Source: Caproiciproducens sp. NJN-50
GTDB taxonomy: Bacteria > Bacillota > Clostridia > Oscillospirales > Acutalibacteraceae
Assembly: GCF_004103755.1 (NCBI RefSeq)
Contig: NZ_CP035283.1
Span: forward strand, 746,269-770,268
Reading direction: 5' to 3'
Length of the DNA: 24,000 bases
The position numbers and the translations under genes were made by a program. The stretch's first letter is position 1. The number at the start of each line of letters is the position of its first letter. Positions 1 to 9,306 of this stretch are shown piece by piece. The notes under the pieces were generated by a model. It made no database searches. It worked only from the letters and a program-made list of their open reading frames with translations, and was not told the DNA's origin.

Positions 1-789
1 CTCGACGTGGAGGGCAATTACCTCATTCTCTTAGCTTACGACAAATATGACGTGCCTTTCTATTCAAAGGACGGAGAAAAACAGGAGGATTCGTCGGAAG
101 TGTTTTCGTACTTCCTGTGCAGCATTTGTCCCGTGAAGATGTTAAAGCCTTCGCTGGGCTTTTATGTATCCGAAAATGAATTCCGCAACATTACATCGGA
201 TTGGATCGTATCGCCTCCCGAACTTGGGTTTATGTTTCCGGCTTTCAGCGATCGCAGCGCCAATCTGTATAATGCTGTCTATTACACCCGCAACCTTGCG
301 GAAAACCATAAGGAATTCGTGGAAGCTGTGTTCAAAAGCGAAATTCCCATGCCCGCTGCCGCCCAGAAGGAAACATTCGAATCCATTTTGGGCGATGCGG
401 TTGCTGACGACTGCAGCATCGACGTGGTGCAGACAGTCCATGAACAGTTGTCCGAAATGATCGAGGAGCACAAAGCGAACAAAGAAGATCCATTGTTGAT
501 TTCCAAAGAAACAGTAAAGGGAATTCTGCAGTCCTGTGGTGTTTCGGATTCCCATATGGCCCAATTTGGCGAAAAGTACGATTCCGAATTCGGTGCCGGC
601 ACGGAAGTCTGTCCGCAGAATATTATCGATCATAAACAATTCGAGATTCGAACCCCCGACGTCACGGTCCGCGTGAACCCGGAGCGAAGCGACCTGGTGG
701 AAACAAGAGTCATTGATGGCACGAAATACATCCTGATTCGTGCGGATGAGGGCATTGAGGTAAACGGCGTGAATATAAATATTTCATAA
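1..789 (+). CDS. Conserved hypothetical protein, C-terminal part (5' end lies left of the window); tentatively DUF4317-like
   Basis: Frame 1 is open from base 1 to TAA 787-789. The ORF-track entry 7..789 is the same frame read from an internal GTG. No catalytic motif was recognised. The family guess rests only on remembered resemblance of stretches such as FLCSICPVK and FPAFSDRSANLYNAVYYTRN to clostridial DUF4317 proteins. Confidence 0.6.
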   Translation, partial: LDVEGNYLILLAYDKYDVPFYSKDGEKQEDSSEVFSYFLCSICPVKMLKPSLGFYVSENEFRNITSDWIVSPPELGFMFPAFSDRSANLYNAVYYTRNLAENHKEFVEAVFKSEIPMPAAAQKETFESILGDAVADDCSIDVVQTVHEQLSEMIEEHKANKEDPLLISKETVKGILQSCGVSDSHMAQFGEKYDSEFGAGTEVCPQNIIDHKQFEIRTPDVTVRVNPERSDLVETRVIDGTKYILIRADEGIEVNGVNINIS

Positions 790-945
790 CGGCGCGTTTC
801 CTTTCCGGCATCCTGCGCAGTCTGTAGATATCGGTACATCGATAGACTTCCTATCGCGATATTCTGCGAGTGTCCGGCTGCTCGGATACAAGCCTAATCT
901 CCTGCGTACTTTATAAATTGATTCTGCAATCAGAATTCCAGTTTC

Positions 946-985
946 ATGCGAAGTTTCAGAGAGCCATCTGAACTTCGCATTTTTC
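946..985 (+). terminator. Rho-independent terminator-like hairpin
   Basis: ATGCGAAGTT (946-955) is the exact reverse complement of AACTTCGCAT (971-980), and TTTT follows at 981-984. It sits 157 nt past the upstream stop codon, so assigning it to that gene is uncertain. Confidence 0.55.
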
Positions 986-1160
986 GTGCATAAATAAAAA
1001 AATGCCCTCGCTCGTACATGCCCCCGGACGGGCATGCCTTAGAACCGGAGAGGGATCATTCTCATATTTTGTACTGATGCTTTTCTGAGGCGGCCCAATT
1101 GGCCGGAAGGCACAATTCTGTGAATCGCGGTATATCTTCGTATAAAGGAGGTCCTTCTTT

Positions 1161-2618
1161 TTGAACTATAATCTCTGCGGCCTTACCGGCCGCGTTGTCA
1201 TACCGGAAGATCCCAGCTATGACGAAGCGAGGCAGAACTACAATCAGGCCATTCAGCAGTACCCGCTGATCATCAATTACTGCCGCGATAAATGGGATGT
1301 CGCCAACGCCGTGATCTGGTCGGAAAAATATCATGTGCCGATTCGGATCCGCAACGGCGGCCACAATTATGAAGGCTACTCGAACGGCGACGGCGTTCTG
1401 ATCATCGACGTGAGCGAAATGATTGACATGGACCTGGATGAGAACAAAAATCTTCTGTATGTTCAGGGCGGCGTGACCAATGGACTGGTGTATGAATTCG
1501 TATCCTCTAGAGGATATCCTTTTCCCGGCGGCACCTGCCCGACGGTTGGAGTCGGCGGCTACGCTCTGGGGGGAGGATGGGGACTCTCCTGCCGGCTTCT
1601 GGGGCTCGGATGCGACAGCCTTGAGGAGATTGAGCTTGTAAATTACAAGGGTGACATCATCAAGGCGAACCGGACCTGCAACGAGGACCTGTTTTGGGCC
1701 TGCCGGGGGGCCGGAGGCGGAAATTTCGGTGTTGTCGTGTCGATGACATTCAGGCTTCCTCCCAAGACGGGGAACGTAACCCTGATCGAAATCGACTACC
1801 TTCATGTAACCTCTGGAGAGCAGGAGGAATTTCTTGGGATCTGGCAGGAATGGCTGAAAAGCGCCGACCCCAGGATTACGCTGATTGCAAGAGTGTATCA
1901 CTCCGTCAACGACGGCCTTGCGATGCTGGCGAGGGGCATCTTTTACGGCGGGCCGGACGAGGCAAGGCAAATGATGAAGCCGTTTCTCGAACTTGCCGGG
2001 GCGGAATCCAGCTTTGAGTTTGTAACGTTTCTTGAAGCGGTTACCATGATCGGGAACACTTATCCGCCTTTTGAAAAATTCCAGTCTGCCAGCCGTTTTG
2101 TGCTTCAGGATTTCAGCAGGCGGGAGATTTCAGGGCTCGTAGGGTTGATCCGCAGCCGTGCGGAAGGCTCCGTCTTTGCGGGTTTGTCCCTGTATGCGCT
2201 CGGCGGCAGAGTCCGCGAAATTTCGACGGACGAGACGGCCTTTTTTTACCGAAAGGCGCACTTTATCATCTGGTTGGAAACCGTTTGGGAGGAAAACCGG
2301 TTTGCCAATGAGAACAGGAGCTGGGTAAACGACCGTTTCCCTGCTCTCGCGTTCGTGACAACGGGCTCCTATGTCAATTTTCCTTACAGCAGACTGCCAA
2401 ACTATCTGGAAGAGTATTATGGAACGCATGTCCGCAGGCTGGAATGGATCAAAAAGAAATACGACCCGGATCATGTTTTCTCATTCCCGCAGGACCTCCG
2501 GGGCGAGCCGCCGTTCCAGGCGCGGATCCCCGAAAATCACAGGGATGAGGTCCCGGCGAAAGCGCCGGGTGACGCGGCTTATCGCGGTTTTCGTTATGTT
2601 GGGAACCACACCGGCTGA
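1161..2618 (+). CDS. FAD-linked oxidase of the berberine-bridge-enzyme (BBE)/VAO family
   Basis: TTG start at 1161, 9 nt after AAAGGAGG (1144-1151). PCMH-type FAD-binding motifs are present (RIRNGGHNYEGYS; GGTCPTVGVGGYALGGGWG). A C-terminal BBE-type segment is present (YVNFPY...YYGTHVRRLEWIKKKYDPDHVFSFPQ). About 40 residues follow the usual end of the BBE domain. Confidence 0.85.
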   Translation: MNYNLCGLTGRVVIPEDPSYDEARQNYNQAIQQYPLIINYCRDKWDVANAVIWSEKYHVPIRIRNGGHNYEGYSNGDGVLIIDVSEMIDMDLDENKNLLYVQGGVTNGLVYEFVSSRGYPFPGGTCPTVGVGGYALGGGWGLSCRLLGLGCDSLEEIELVNYKGDIIKANRTCNEDLFWACRGAGGGNFGVVVSMTFRLPPKTGNVTLIEIDYLHVTSGEQEEFLGIWQEWLKSADPRITLIARVYHSVNDGLAMLARGIFYGGPDEARQMMKPFLELAGAESSFEFVTFLEAVTMIGNTYPPFEKFQSASRFVLQDFSRREISGLVGLIRSRAEGSVFAGLSLYALGGRVREISTDETAFFYRKAHFIIWLETVWEENRFANENRSWVNDRFPALAFVTTGSYVNFPYSRLPNYLEEYYGTHVRRLEWIKKKYDPDHVFSFPQDLRGEPPFQARIPENHRDEVPAKAPGDAAYRGFRYVGNHTG

Positions 2619-2716
2619 AAGCCGTTTGCCGCGGCCATCCGCCAGTGCTCCGAGCGGGCCGGCGTGAAGGTTCAACGCGGAGCTGCCGATCCCCGAAAAT
2701 CCCGGCAAGTCCCGTT

Positions 2717-3793
2717 TTAAACCGCAGAGTACAGCCAGTGCCCGCCGGGCCCCGGCACACATCGGGCTTTTCCCTTGTGAACAAGGTAATCCAAGTGGGA
2801 TTTTGCTTCCCCCAGGGCGAACATTTTCTGCGCGGGCGGAAAATCGGCCCAGCTTTTCGCCCTGATCTTCCACGACATCTGAGAGGCGGTTTCATAACAG
2901 GTCTGTTGAGGCCGGCGGACGAGAATGGAGTGCGTTTCTTCCAGCCGTTTTTCATGATGTGCCAGAAGCTGCTCCACGCGGGCAGCCATGGACATACCTC
3001 TGGTTGTGCGGTGGCCTGGAAGGGGGATCCGCACGTCGTAAGCGGCGATTTTTCTCAGGCTTTCCAGATAGTCTCCAAGGCTGTCCTCCACTCCCGGCCA
3101 ACAGGTGATATTTGGAGTGATGTCAAAAAGGACATGGTCGCCCAGGAACATCAGCCGATTCGCGGCATTGTAAAGGCAGAGATGGCCCGGCGTATGGCCG
3201 GGCGTGGAAATACAGGTGAACTGATAACCGCCATAGAAAAGCGAATCGCCGTCCTGAAGCAACTCGGCCCGAAAAGGGGGAGAAATATATTTCCACGCGG
3301 GCGTGCTGGCCATGATGGCTTCCATTTCCTCATCGGAAGCGCCCAGGCCGACGTACTCCGGGAAACATTCGCGCCATGTCTTGTCATGCCTGTAATTCTG
3401 CTGCAGGCTGTAATCTGTTTTTCCCATAAGGATATGAGCGCCGGCAGCCCCAAAATCCGCGGCGAGGCCGCTGTGGTCGGAATGCATGTGGGTCAGATAA
3501 AGGTCGGTTTTGGACACGTCCGCGTTCAGTTCCCTGAGCCCGTCCCGCAAATCAGACCGGCATTCGTCCATGTTGAATCCGGTGTCGATGAGCAGATTCC
3601 GCTCATCACCCCGTCCGCGGATGAAATAACTGTTCAGGACCCTGAGCGGATTTCGTGGCAGATTGACCGGAATACGATAGATTCCGTCGAATACTTTGGC
3701 GATCATGTTTATGTTTCCAGCTTTCATTTCATGCTGTGGCGCCTGATGCGCAGGCTCCGATGAAAAAGAAGGGATACCCCGGATCTTCATCAC
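2717..3793 (-). CDS. MBL-fold metallo-hydrolase
   Basis: HxHxDH zinc motif (HMHSDHSGL) plus downstream His/Asp-containing segments (TPGHTPGH, LGDHV, LPGH). The start is uncertain: GTG 3793 and ATG 3790, 3727 or 3706 are all in frame and none has a strong SD. Last gene of the minus-strand operon. Confidence 0.8.
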   Translation of the reverse strand: MMKIRGIPSFSSEPAHQAPQHEMKAGNINMIAKVFDGIYRIPVNLPRNPLRVLNSYFIRGRGDERNLLIDTGFNMDECRSDLRDGLRELNADVSKTDLYLTHMHSDHSGLAADFGAAGAHILMGKTDYSLQQNYRHDKTWRECFPEYVGLGASDEEMEAIMASTPAWKYISPPFRAELLQDGDSLFYGGYQFTCISTPGHTPGHLCLYNAANRLMFLGDHVLFDITPNITCWPGVEDSLGDYLESLRKIAAYDVRIPLPGHRTTRGMSMAARVEQLLAHHEKRLEETHSILVRRPQQTCYETASQMSWKIRAKSWADFPPAQKMFALGEAKSHLDYLVHKGKARCVPGPGGHWLYSAV

Positions 3794-3888
3794 GGGATAC
3801 CCCGACGGAAAAAAGACATGCCAGTTTTTTCCGGAGTTGCGGTCTGTTCCGGATCAGGACGGAGAAAATGGCGACGCTTCCAAGCTCA

Positions 3889-4944
3889 TCAGACGGAGGG
3901 TTCCGGAATATTGAAATCCTTGGGTGATTTGGTGGTGGCTCCCGCGCGGTACAGGGTCCAGCAGGTCATGGACTGCCATTTTTCGATGAACGTGTCCGCC
4001 TCGTCGCCGGTATAACCCAGAGGCTGCAGGGAGAGGTTCTGACAGAATTTCTGGAAGGTATCGGTTTGATAAGCCTTGTAGAAAGCGTCCTGAAGTGCTT
4101 TCACTACGGTGTCCGGAGTCCCCTCCTTGACGAACGCTCCATAGAATGGCCCCCAGTTGTCCAGCATTCCTTTATACTTGCTGTTGCATTCCTCCAGGGT
4201 CGGAACGTCGGTAAGCTCTTTGTTTGCACAGCGTTTGTTGGTATAGACTCCGAGGGCTTTCATCTTCCCGGTAGCGATGTACTGGATGGCGGCGGACTGC
4301 GCGATCACAGAAGCGTCCACTTCGCCGCTGATCAGAGCGGGCTGCAGCGTGCCGTCTCCATCATAGGTAATGGAGTTGTATTTAATCCCCTCGACCATGC
4401 AGGTCAGCGCAAAGCAGTTAAAAGGCAGGCCGCCCACACCGGTCGTTCCGACGTTCAGTTTGCCCGGATTGGCCTTGGCGTAGTCGATCAGGTCCTGGTA
4501 GGAGTTAAACTTCGAGTCGGCCGGAACGACTAAAATCCCCACGTTTTTTGCCAAAACGATAACGGGAATATAATTGCTGTAGTCGATGTCACCCAGATTG
4601 AGCAATTTATAGAGGGGCGGATTCTCCGCGTTCAGCAGAAGGTTGTATCCGTCGGCAGGCTGGTCGTGGACATATTTTGTCGCGATATAGCCGGTGCCGC
4701 CGGTCTTGTTGGTAAGAACAATGGTCGTGCCGAGGTTCTTCGCCGCCAGCGGGCAAATGGTGCGCATGACGTTGTCGGTACCGCCGCCGGCTGCCCAGGC
4801 GATGAACCCGTTGATGCTTTTGCCTTTATCGGGATAGGTGCTGTTTCCGCCCGCTGCGTTGCCCCCGCCCGTTGTGCCGCTGCAGCCCGTCGCAAGAATA
4901 AGGATTGTCATGGATGCCAGAATGATGGACAAGATTCTTTTCAT
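3889..4944 (-). CDS. tctC: Tripartite tricarboxylate transporter (TTT) substrate-binding lipoprotein, TctC/Bug family
   Basis: Lipoprotein signal (MKRILSIILASMTILILATGCSG). Length and sequence are typical of the Bug/TctC family. Strong SD AGGAGGGG 7 nt upstream of ATG 4944. It lies directly downstream of tctB-tctA. Confidence 0.85.
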   Translation of the reverse strand: MKRILSIILASMTILILATGCSGTTGGGNAAGGNSTYPDKGKSINGFIAWAAGGGTDNVMRTICPLAAKNLGTTIVLTNKTGGTGYIATKYVHDQPADGYNLLLNAENPPLYKLLNLGDIDYSNYIPVIVLAKNVGILVVPADSKFNSYQDLIDYAKANPGKLNVGTTGVGGLPFNCFALTCMVEGIKYNSITYDGDGTLQPALISGEVDASVIAQSAAIQYIATGKMKALGVYTNKRCANKELTDVPTLEECNSKYKGMLDNWGPFYGAFVKEGTPDTVVKALQDAFYKAYQTDTFQKFCQNLSLQPLGYTGDEADTFIEKWQSMTCWTLYRAGATTKSPKDFNIPEPSV

Positions 4945-5016
4945 ATTTTACCCCTCCTAAAGTTTCACCGGTTCAGTAAAGGATTGCGGGCCGGTCCCGC
5001 CGCCCTCTTCCGCCTT

Positions 5017-6558
5017 TCAGCTTTCTGTGGCGCTTTTTTTGCGGAATAGGGCCAAAAACCGCTGCTTAGTGCTTTTGGGAATCGCTATAAAAATAACGAA
5101 CAGAAGAAGAATCAGGGAAATCGGATGAGTAAAGAAACCGGCGACGAATTCACCCAACTGGCCGTGTGCGATATTCATGGCCCTGCGCCAGTTGGTGTCG
5201 AGAATGTTGGACAGGATAATGCCGAGCACCATCGTTGCGACGGGAAAATCGTGCATTTTAAAGAGATATCCGAGGATTCCGAAGAAAAACATCCAGTAGA
5301 TGTCCGTGACGCTGTTGTTGATGGAGTAGCTGCCGATCACCGACAGAATTACAATGACGGGAATAATGACATGCTTCGGCACCTCGACCACTTTGCAGAA
5401 AAGATGGATGCCCGTCAGGCCGAGAACAAGCAGGAAACAGTTCGCGAGAATCAGAGCGCCGACGATCGTCCAGAAGAACTCCGGCTGATCCTGCATCAGG
5501 AGCGGACCCGGGCGGATGCCGTGGATGGTCAGGGCGCCGATCAGGATCGCCGTGACCGAGTCGCCGGGGATCCCGAGCGTCATCATGGGGATAAACGCGC
5601 CGCCGATGGCGGCATTATTGGCGCTTTCCGGAGCGATCACACCGGCATAGGCCCCTTCGCCGAAGGGGCGGTTGGGATTCTTTACCGAGCGCTTGGCGTG
5701 ATCGTAGGCGATCAGGGCCGCAATGTCCCCGCCGGTGCCGGGCAGCGCCCCCACGAGCGTTCCGAGCGCGGAGCAGCGCATCGCAAGGGGCATATAATGT
5801 TTCATGATTTTCCAGTCCGGCAGAATTCTCTGAATCTGCTGCTTCACCGGCTTCAGGTTAAAATGCAGCTGGTACAGGGCCTCGGACATGCCGAACAGGC
5901 CGATCATGACCACGACAAAATTGATGCCGGCCAGGAGGCTGGGGATGCCGAACGTCAGCCGGGGCTGGGCCGTGACGGAGTCCATTCCGATCATTCCGAC
6001 CACCACGCCGAAAAAGGCGGTGATCAGCGCCTTCGGCAGGGATCCCTTGCTCAGGGAGCCAACCAGGAACAGCGCCATGATCGCCAGCAGCAAATAATCG
6101 CGGGCGGCGAAATTGATGGCGAGGCGGCCGATCAGGGGAGAGAGCAGCGTCAGGCACAGCAGTCCGACGAATCCGCCCAGCACCGATTCGGTGGTGCTCA
6201 GTCCCATCGCGGTCCCCGCCTCTCCCTTCTGGGCCAGCGGATATCCGTCGAAGCCCGTCGCCACAGCCGCGGGGGCCCCGGGGATGTTCAGCAGGATCGC
6301 GGAGCGGCTCCCGCCGTATACGCCGCCGGTGAAGACGCCGATCATCAGCGCCAGGGCCGGATTGGTATCCCAGGAAAAGGTAAAGGAGATCAGCAGTGAG
6401 ACCGCCATCGTCACGGAGAGTCCGGGAATCGCGCCGATGTAAATTCCAAGGAAAACGCCCACTGCAATCCAGAGAATCATCGTGATGGAAGTGTAAGCTG
6501 TAAAAAATCCACCAAAGCCGTTGAAATAACCGGAGAATAAAGATGCCAGAGATGCCAT
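5017..6558 (-). CDS. tctA: TTT transporter large permease subunit TctA
   Basis: Polytopic membrane protein of about 510 aa with TctA-like Gly/Pro-rich helices. I prefer ATG 6558, preceded by AAAGGAG 10 nt upstream, over the ORF-track start at 6579, which is a TTG. Confidence 0.85.
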   Translation of the reverse strand: MASLASLFSGYFNGFGGFFTAYTSITMILWIAVGVFLGIYIGAIPGLSVTMAVSLLISFTFSWDTNPALALMIGVFTGGVYGGSRSAILLNIPGAPAAVATGFDGYPLAQKGEAGTAMGLSTTESVLGGFVGLLCLTLLSPLIGRLAINFAARDYLLLAIMALFLVGSLSKGSLPKALITAFFGVVVGMIGMDSVTAQPRLTFGIPSLLAGINFVVVMIGLFGMSEALYQLHFNLKPVKQQIQRILPDWKIMKHYMPLAMRCSALGTLVGALPGTGGDIAALIAYDHAKRSVKNPNRPFGEGAYAGVIAPESANNAAIGGAFIPMMTLGIPGDSVTAILIGALTIHGIRPGPLLMQDQPEFFWTIVGALILANCFLLVLGLTGIHLFCKVVEVPKHVIIPVIVILSVIGSYSINNSVTDIYWMFFFGILGYLFKMHDFPVATMVLGIILSNILDTNWRRAMNIAHGQLGEFVAGFFTHPISLILLLFVIFIAIPKSTKQRFLALFRKKSATES

Positions 6559-6581
6559 GGACGCATCGCTCCTTTCCAAAA

Positions 6582-7112
6582 TTAAGGCAGAACGACCTGC
6601 ATGAGATAGTGGAAGATCACCAGGATGGCCGCTACCACGCCCACGGAAATAAAAACCTTATGAAGCGGTTTTCTGCGGTCGAGCAGGTACATCGTGCCGA
6701 AAAGAAAGACCAAAGAGGTCACGGTAAAATGCGCAAACGGCAGCAGCACCCCATAGGCCAGAACCATAGCCAGCAGGACGATCACGTCTCTGGAAACCAC
6801 ATGCCTGACGGCCTCTTTCAATCCCCGCTCCCTGAATTTATCCCGGAACAGGATTCCGCACGTCACCAGGATAATCAGGAAGAATATCGCCAAAATGAAG
6901 AGCTGAGGCAGGGAATTGGGGTTCGTCAGGCCGGTAAAAATGCCCTCCAGCTTCAGCGAATCGGCAAACAGCGCCAAAGTGATGAGAAACATCAGTCCCA
7001 GAAGCCAAATTTCACCCGGAGCATGCTTTGGGGTGCCCTCGTCACCCGGCTTGACTGCGGCGCTGTCCTTTTCCCGCTCCGCGGCCTCCGCTTCTATTTC
7101 CTTGTTTTCCAT
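6582..7112 (-). CDS. tctB: TTT transporter small membrane subunit TctB-like
   Basis: A 176-aa protein with a charged N-terminus and about four hydrophobic helices, immediately upstream of tctA. SD GGGAGGAG precedes ATG 7112. Confidence 0.7.
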   Translation of the reverse strand: MENKEIEAEAAEREKDSAAVKPGDEGTPKHAPGEIWLLGLMFLITLALFADSLKLEGIFTGLTNPNSLPQLFILAIFFLIILVTCGILFRDKFRERGLKEAVRHVVSRDVIVLLAMVLAYGVLLPFAHFTVTSLVFLFGTMYLLDRRKPLHKVFISVGVVAAILVIFHYLMQVVLP

Positions 7113-7220
7113 GATACTCCTCCCTTCTTTTAAAACCTTCCCCGGCAGCTTGAAAGTTCTATGTATGCTTCCGCGCTATATTGTTTCCAAGAAAGCGCGT
7201 ACCGATTCAAACATGCCGGA

Positions 7221-9233
7221 TCAGGTGTGGTCCGGGGCCAGAAATCCGAGCCGTTCCAATGTCAGCAGGACGTTGCGCCCCGCCTGAACGCCGCTGATGA
7301 TCTGGCCGGCCTTCAGACTGTCGCCAATATTGAGAATTTCCACGGAGCCGGAAAAATCAGAGCGAAGCCCGTCCAGTACCGGCGCATAAGGGCGCATTCC
7401 CAGACAGATGAATCCATAATCCAGCGGAAGCGCAGACTGCTTCCCATCCGTTTCCACAAGAAACTGCGTTTTCCGGACCTCCAAAAGTCTGGTGCCGGTC
7501 AGCTGCCGCACTTTATATTTTTCCATCATGTTACTGTCGCATACCTTGGTGATCGGATCAAGGTCGCTGCCAAGGGCGGGCAGCAGTTCCACAACCGTCA
7601 CCTCGGCGCCGCGCTGCGCGAAGAATTCCATCATATCCAATCCGACCGCTCCGCCGCCGGCAATCACGACCTTTTTCCCGGTCATATCCGCCGGATAGCT
7701 GTCCACATGGTCGATCATGGAGAAAACCGTATGGATCGGACTGCCCTCCTGATCGGTCGTTTCACGCAGGCCCGGGATATTCGGCAGGACCGGAACGGAG
7801 CCGGTGGCGTTGACAATGACGTCCGGCCGCAGATCACGGATCTTTCCGGTGCTTGCCGGAGTGTTCAGGAGCACGGTCAGATTTTTGAGATTGGAAGCCC
7901 GGCGGATCAGATAGGCTGTAAAGTCGCCGATCCTCGCCTTATCCGGCAGCCGGACAAGGTCCGTCGTGTGGCCTCCGAGATGATCGGACTGCTCCAGAAG
8001 AGAAACGGTGCAGCCGACTTCGGCGGCAGTGCAGGCGGCTTCCAGCCCGGCCGTGCCGCCGCCGGCCACGACAACGTTGCATGGGCGTGAGACCTTCCGG
8101 CTGCGGTAGGCGTCCCCCTCCACGACCGCCGGATTGACCGTGCAGCGCAGAGGGCGGTTCTTTCCGATCCGGTTTCCCGCGCAGCCGATATTGCAGGAAA
8201 TGCATTTGCGAATCTCATCCTTTTTCCCGTTTTTCGCTTTCCAGGCCCAATCGGGGTCTGCGATCAGGCAGCGGCCCAGTCCGATCAGGTCTGCGTCGCC
8301 CCGCTCCAGAATATCCTCCGCCACATGGGGATCACGGATGTTGCCCATGGTGATTGTGGGTTTTCCAAAGCGGTCCCGGACCGCGCGCGCCATGTAGGAG
8401 CGCCAGCCGTCGGGCCGGAAGCAGGAATCGATCTGATATTCCAAAGAGTCGTTCAGGCCGCAGGATACATTGAATACATCCACCAGGCCGGCGACATACT
8501 TTAGGTATTCCAAAGTGTCGTCCAGAGTGTTTCCGCCCGGGACAAATTCGTCCGCAGACAGCCGGAGCATGACCGGGAAATTCGGGCCGACCTGGCTGCG
8601 GATCTCTTCGGCGGCCTCGCGGAGGAATCGGGCCCGGTTTTCGGGAGTGCCTCCGTATTGATCCGTGCGGCCGTTGGTGGTGGGAGAGAGAAATTGGCTG
8701 AGCAGATAGGAATGCCCGCCGTGAATCTCCACGCTGTCGAATCCCGCAATCTGCGCCCGTTTCGCAGCCGCGCCGAAATCCTTCACGATTTTCTGAATCT
8801 CTTCCACAGTCAGGGGACGGGGGATTTCATTCCCCCGCTTGCTGGGGCGGCTGGATGCGGAAACAGGCTGCATTCCGATCCGGGAAGAGCGGGCGGAAGC
8901 GCCCGCGTGATTGAGCTGAATGGAAACGGCGCAGCCCTGGGCGTGAAGGGCTTCGCACAGTTCAAAGAAGCCGGGAATGAAACGATCCTCGTCCAAACGG
9001 AGCTGGGTTGTTCCGTTGGAGCCGGCGGGGAAGGAGACATTGGCGTTCTCGACAATGATCAGTCCGGTGCCTCCCCTGGCTCTTTGAATATAGTAACGCA
9101 TGTGTTCCCGGCTGATAGAGCCATCCGCACAGGCAAAATTTGTTCCCATAGGCATCATAACAGTGCGGTTCTGAATCGTCAAGTTTTTTATCTTAAGAGG
9201 TGAGAAAAGGACCGGAAAGGAACAACCTTCCAT
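7221..9233 (-). CDS. NADH:flavin oxidoreductase of the 2,4-dienoyl-CoA reductase / 2-enoate reductase / BaiCD-BaiH class (OYE FMN domain, 4Fe-4S, FAD/NAD(P) domain)
   Basis: N-terminal OYE-like TIM barrel (LFSPLKIKNLTIQNRTVMMPMG, HGGHSYLLSQFLSP). Cys cluster CISCNIGCAGNRIGKNRPLRC. Two Rossmann GxGxxG motifs (VVVAGGGTAGLEAA; KVVIAGGGAVGLDM). The 670-aa length fits the family. Confidence 0.88.
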   Translation of the reverse strand: MEGCSFPVLFSPLKIKNLTIQNRTVMMPMGTNFACADGSISREHMRYYIQRARGGTGLIIVENANVSFPAGSNGTTQLRLDEDRFIPGFFELCEALHAQGCAVSIQLNHAGASARSSRIGMQPVSASSRPSKRGNEIPRPLTVEEIQKIVKDFGAAAKRAQIAGFDSVEIHGGHSYLLSQFLSPTTNGRTDQYGGTPENRARFLREAAEEIRSQVGPNFPVMLRLSADEFVPGGNTLDDTLEYLKYVAGLVDVFNVSCGLNDSLEYQIDSCFRPDGWRSYMARAVRDRFGKPTITMGNIRDPHVAEDILERGDADLIGLGRCLIADPDWAWKAKNGKKDEIRKCISCNIGCAGNRIGKNRPLRCTVNPAVVEGDAYRSRKVSRPCNVVVAGGGTAGLEAACTAAEVGCTVSLLEQSDHLGGHTTDLVRLPDKARIGDFTAYLIRRASNLKNLTVLLNTPASTGKIRDLRPDVIVNATGSVPVLPNIPGLRETTDQEGSPIHTVFSMIDHVDSYPADMTGKKVVIAGGGAVGLDMMEFFAQRGAEVTVVELLPALGSDLDPITKVCDSNMMEKYKVRQLTGTRLLEVRKTQFLVETDGKQSALPLDYGFICLGMRPYAPVLDGLRSDFSGSVEILNIGDSLKAGQIISGVQAGRNVLLTLERLGFLAPDHT

Positions 9234-9306
9234 GACAACGGCATCTCCTAATTTTAAAAATCATGAAACCTGGAAATAGTACGGGATGGTGTGCTGATAG
9301 GCCTGA

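Noticed and set aside
1002-1036. A minus-strand rho-independent terminator: ATGCCC...GGGCAT plus a T7 run when read on the minus strand.
   Set aside because: No minus-strand gene ends upstream of it, since the neighbouring gene at 1161 is on the plus strand. It is kept only as part of the structured-spacer observation.
1062-1970. Long ORFs antisense to recognised genes, for example 1062..1970(-), 2645..3763(+), 5125..6399(+), 7161..8090(+), 9523..10455(+), 10851..12077(-) and 11978..12919(-).
   Set aside because: Each lies opposite a gene with clear family motifs. Their translations are low-complexity and rich in Arg, Gly, Ala and Pro, which is typical of shadow frames in high-GC DNA. None has a convincing SD.
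2524-2701. A 14-nt direct repeat GATCCCCGAAAATC at 2524-2537 (inside the oxidase 3' end) and at 2688-2701 (convergent intergenic spacer).
   Set aside because: About one exact 14-mer repeat is expected by chance in 24 kb. There is no symmetry, no flanking similarity beyond 2 nt, and no obvious functional context.
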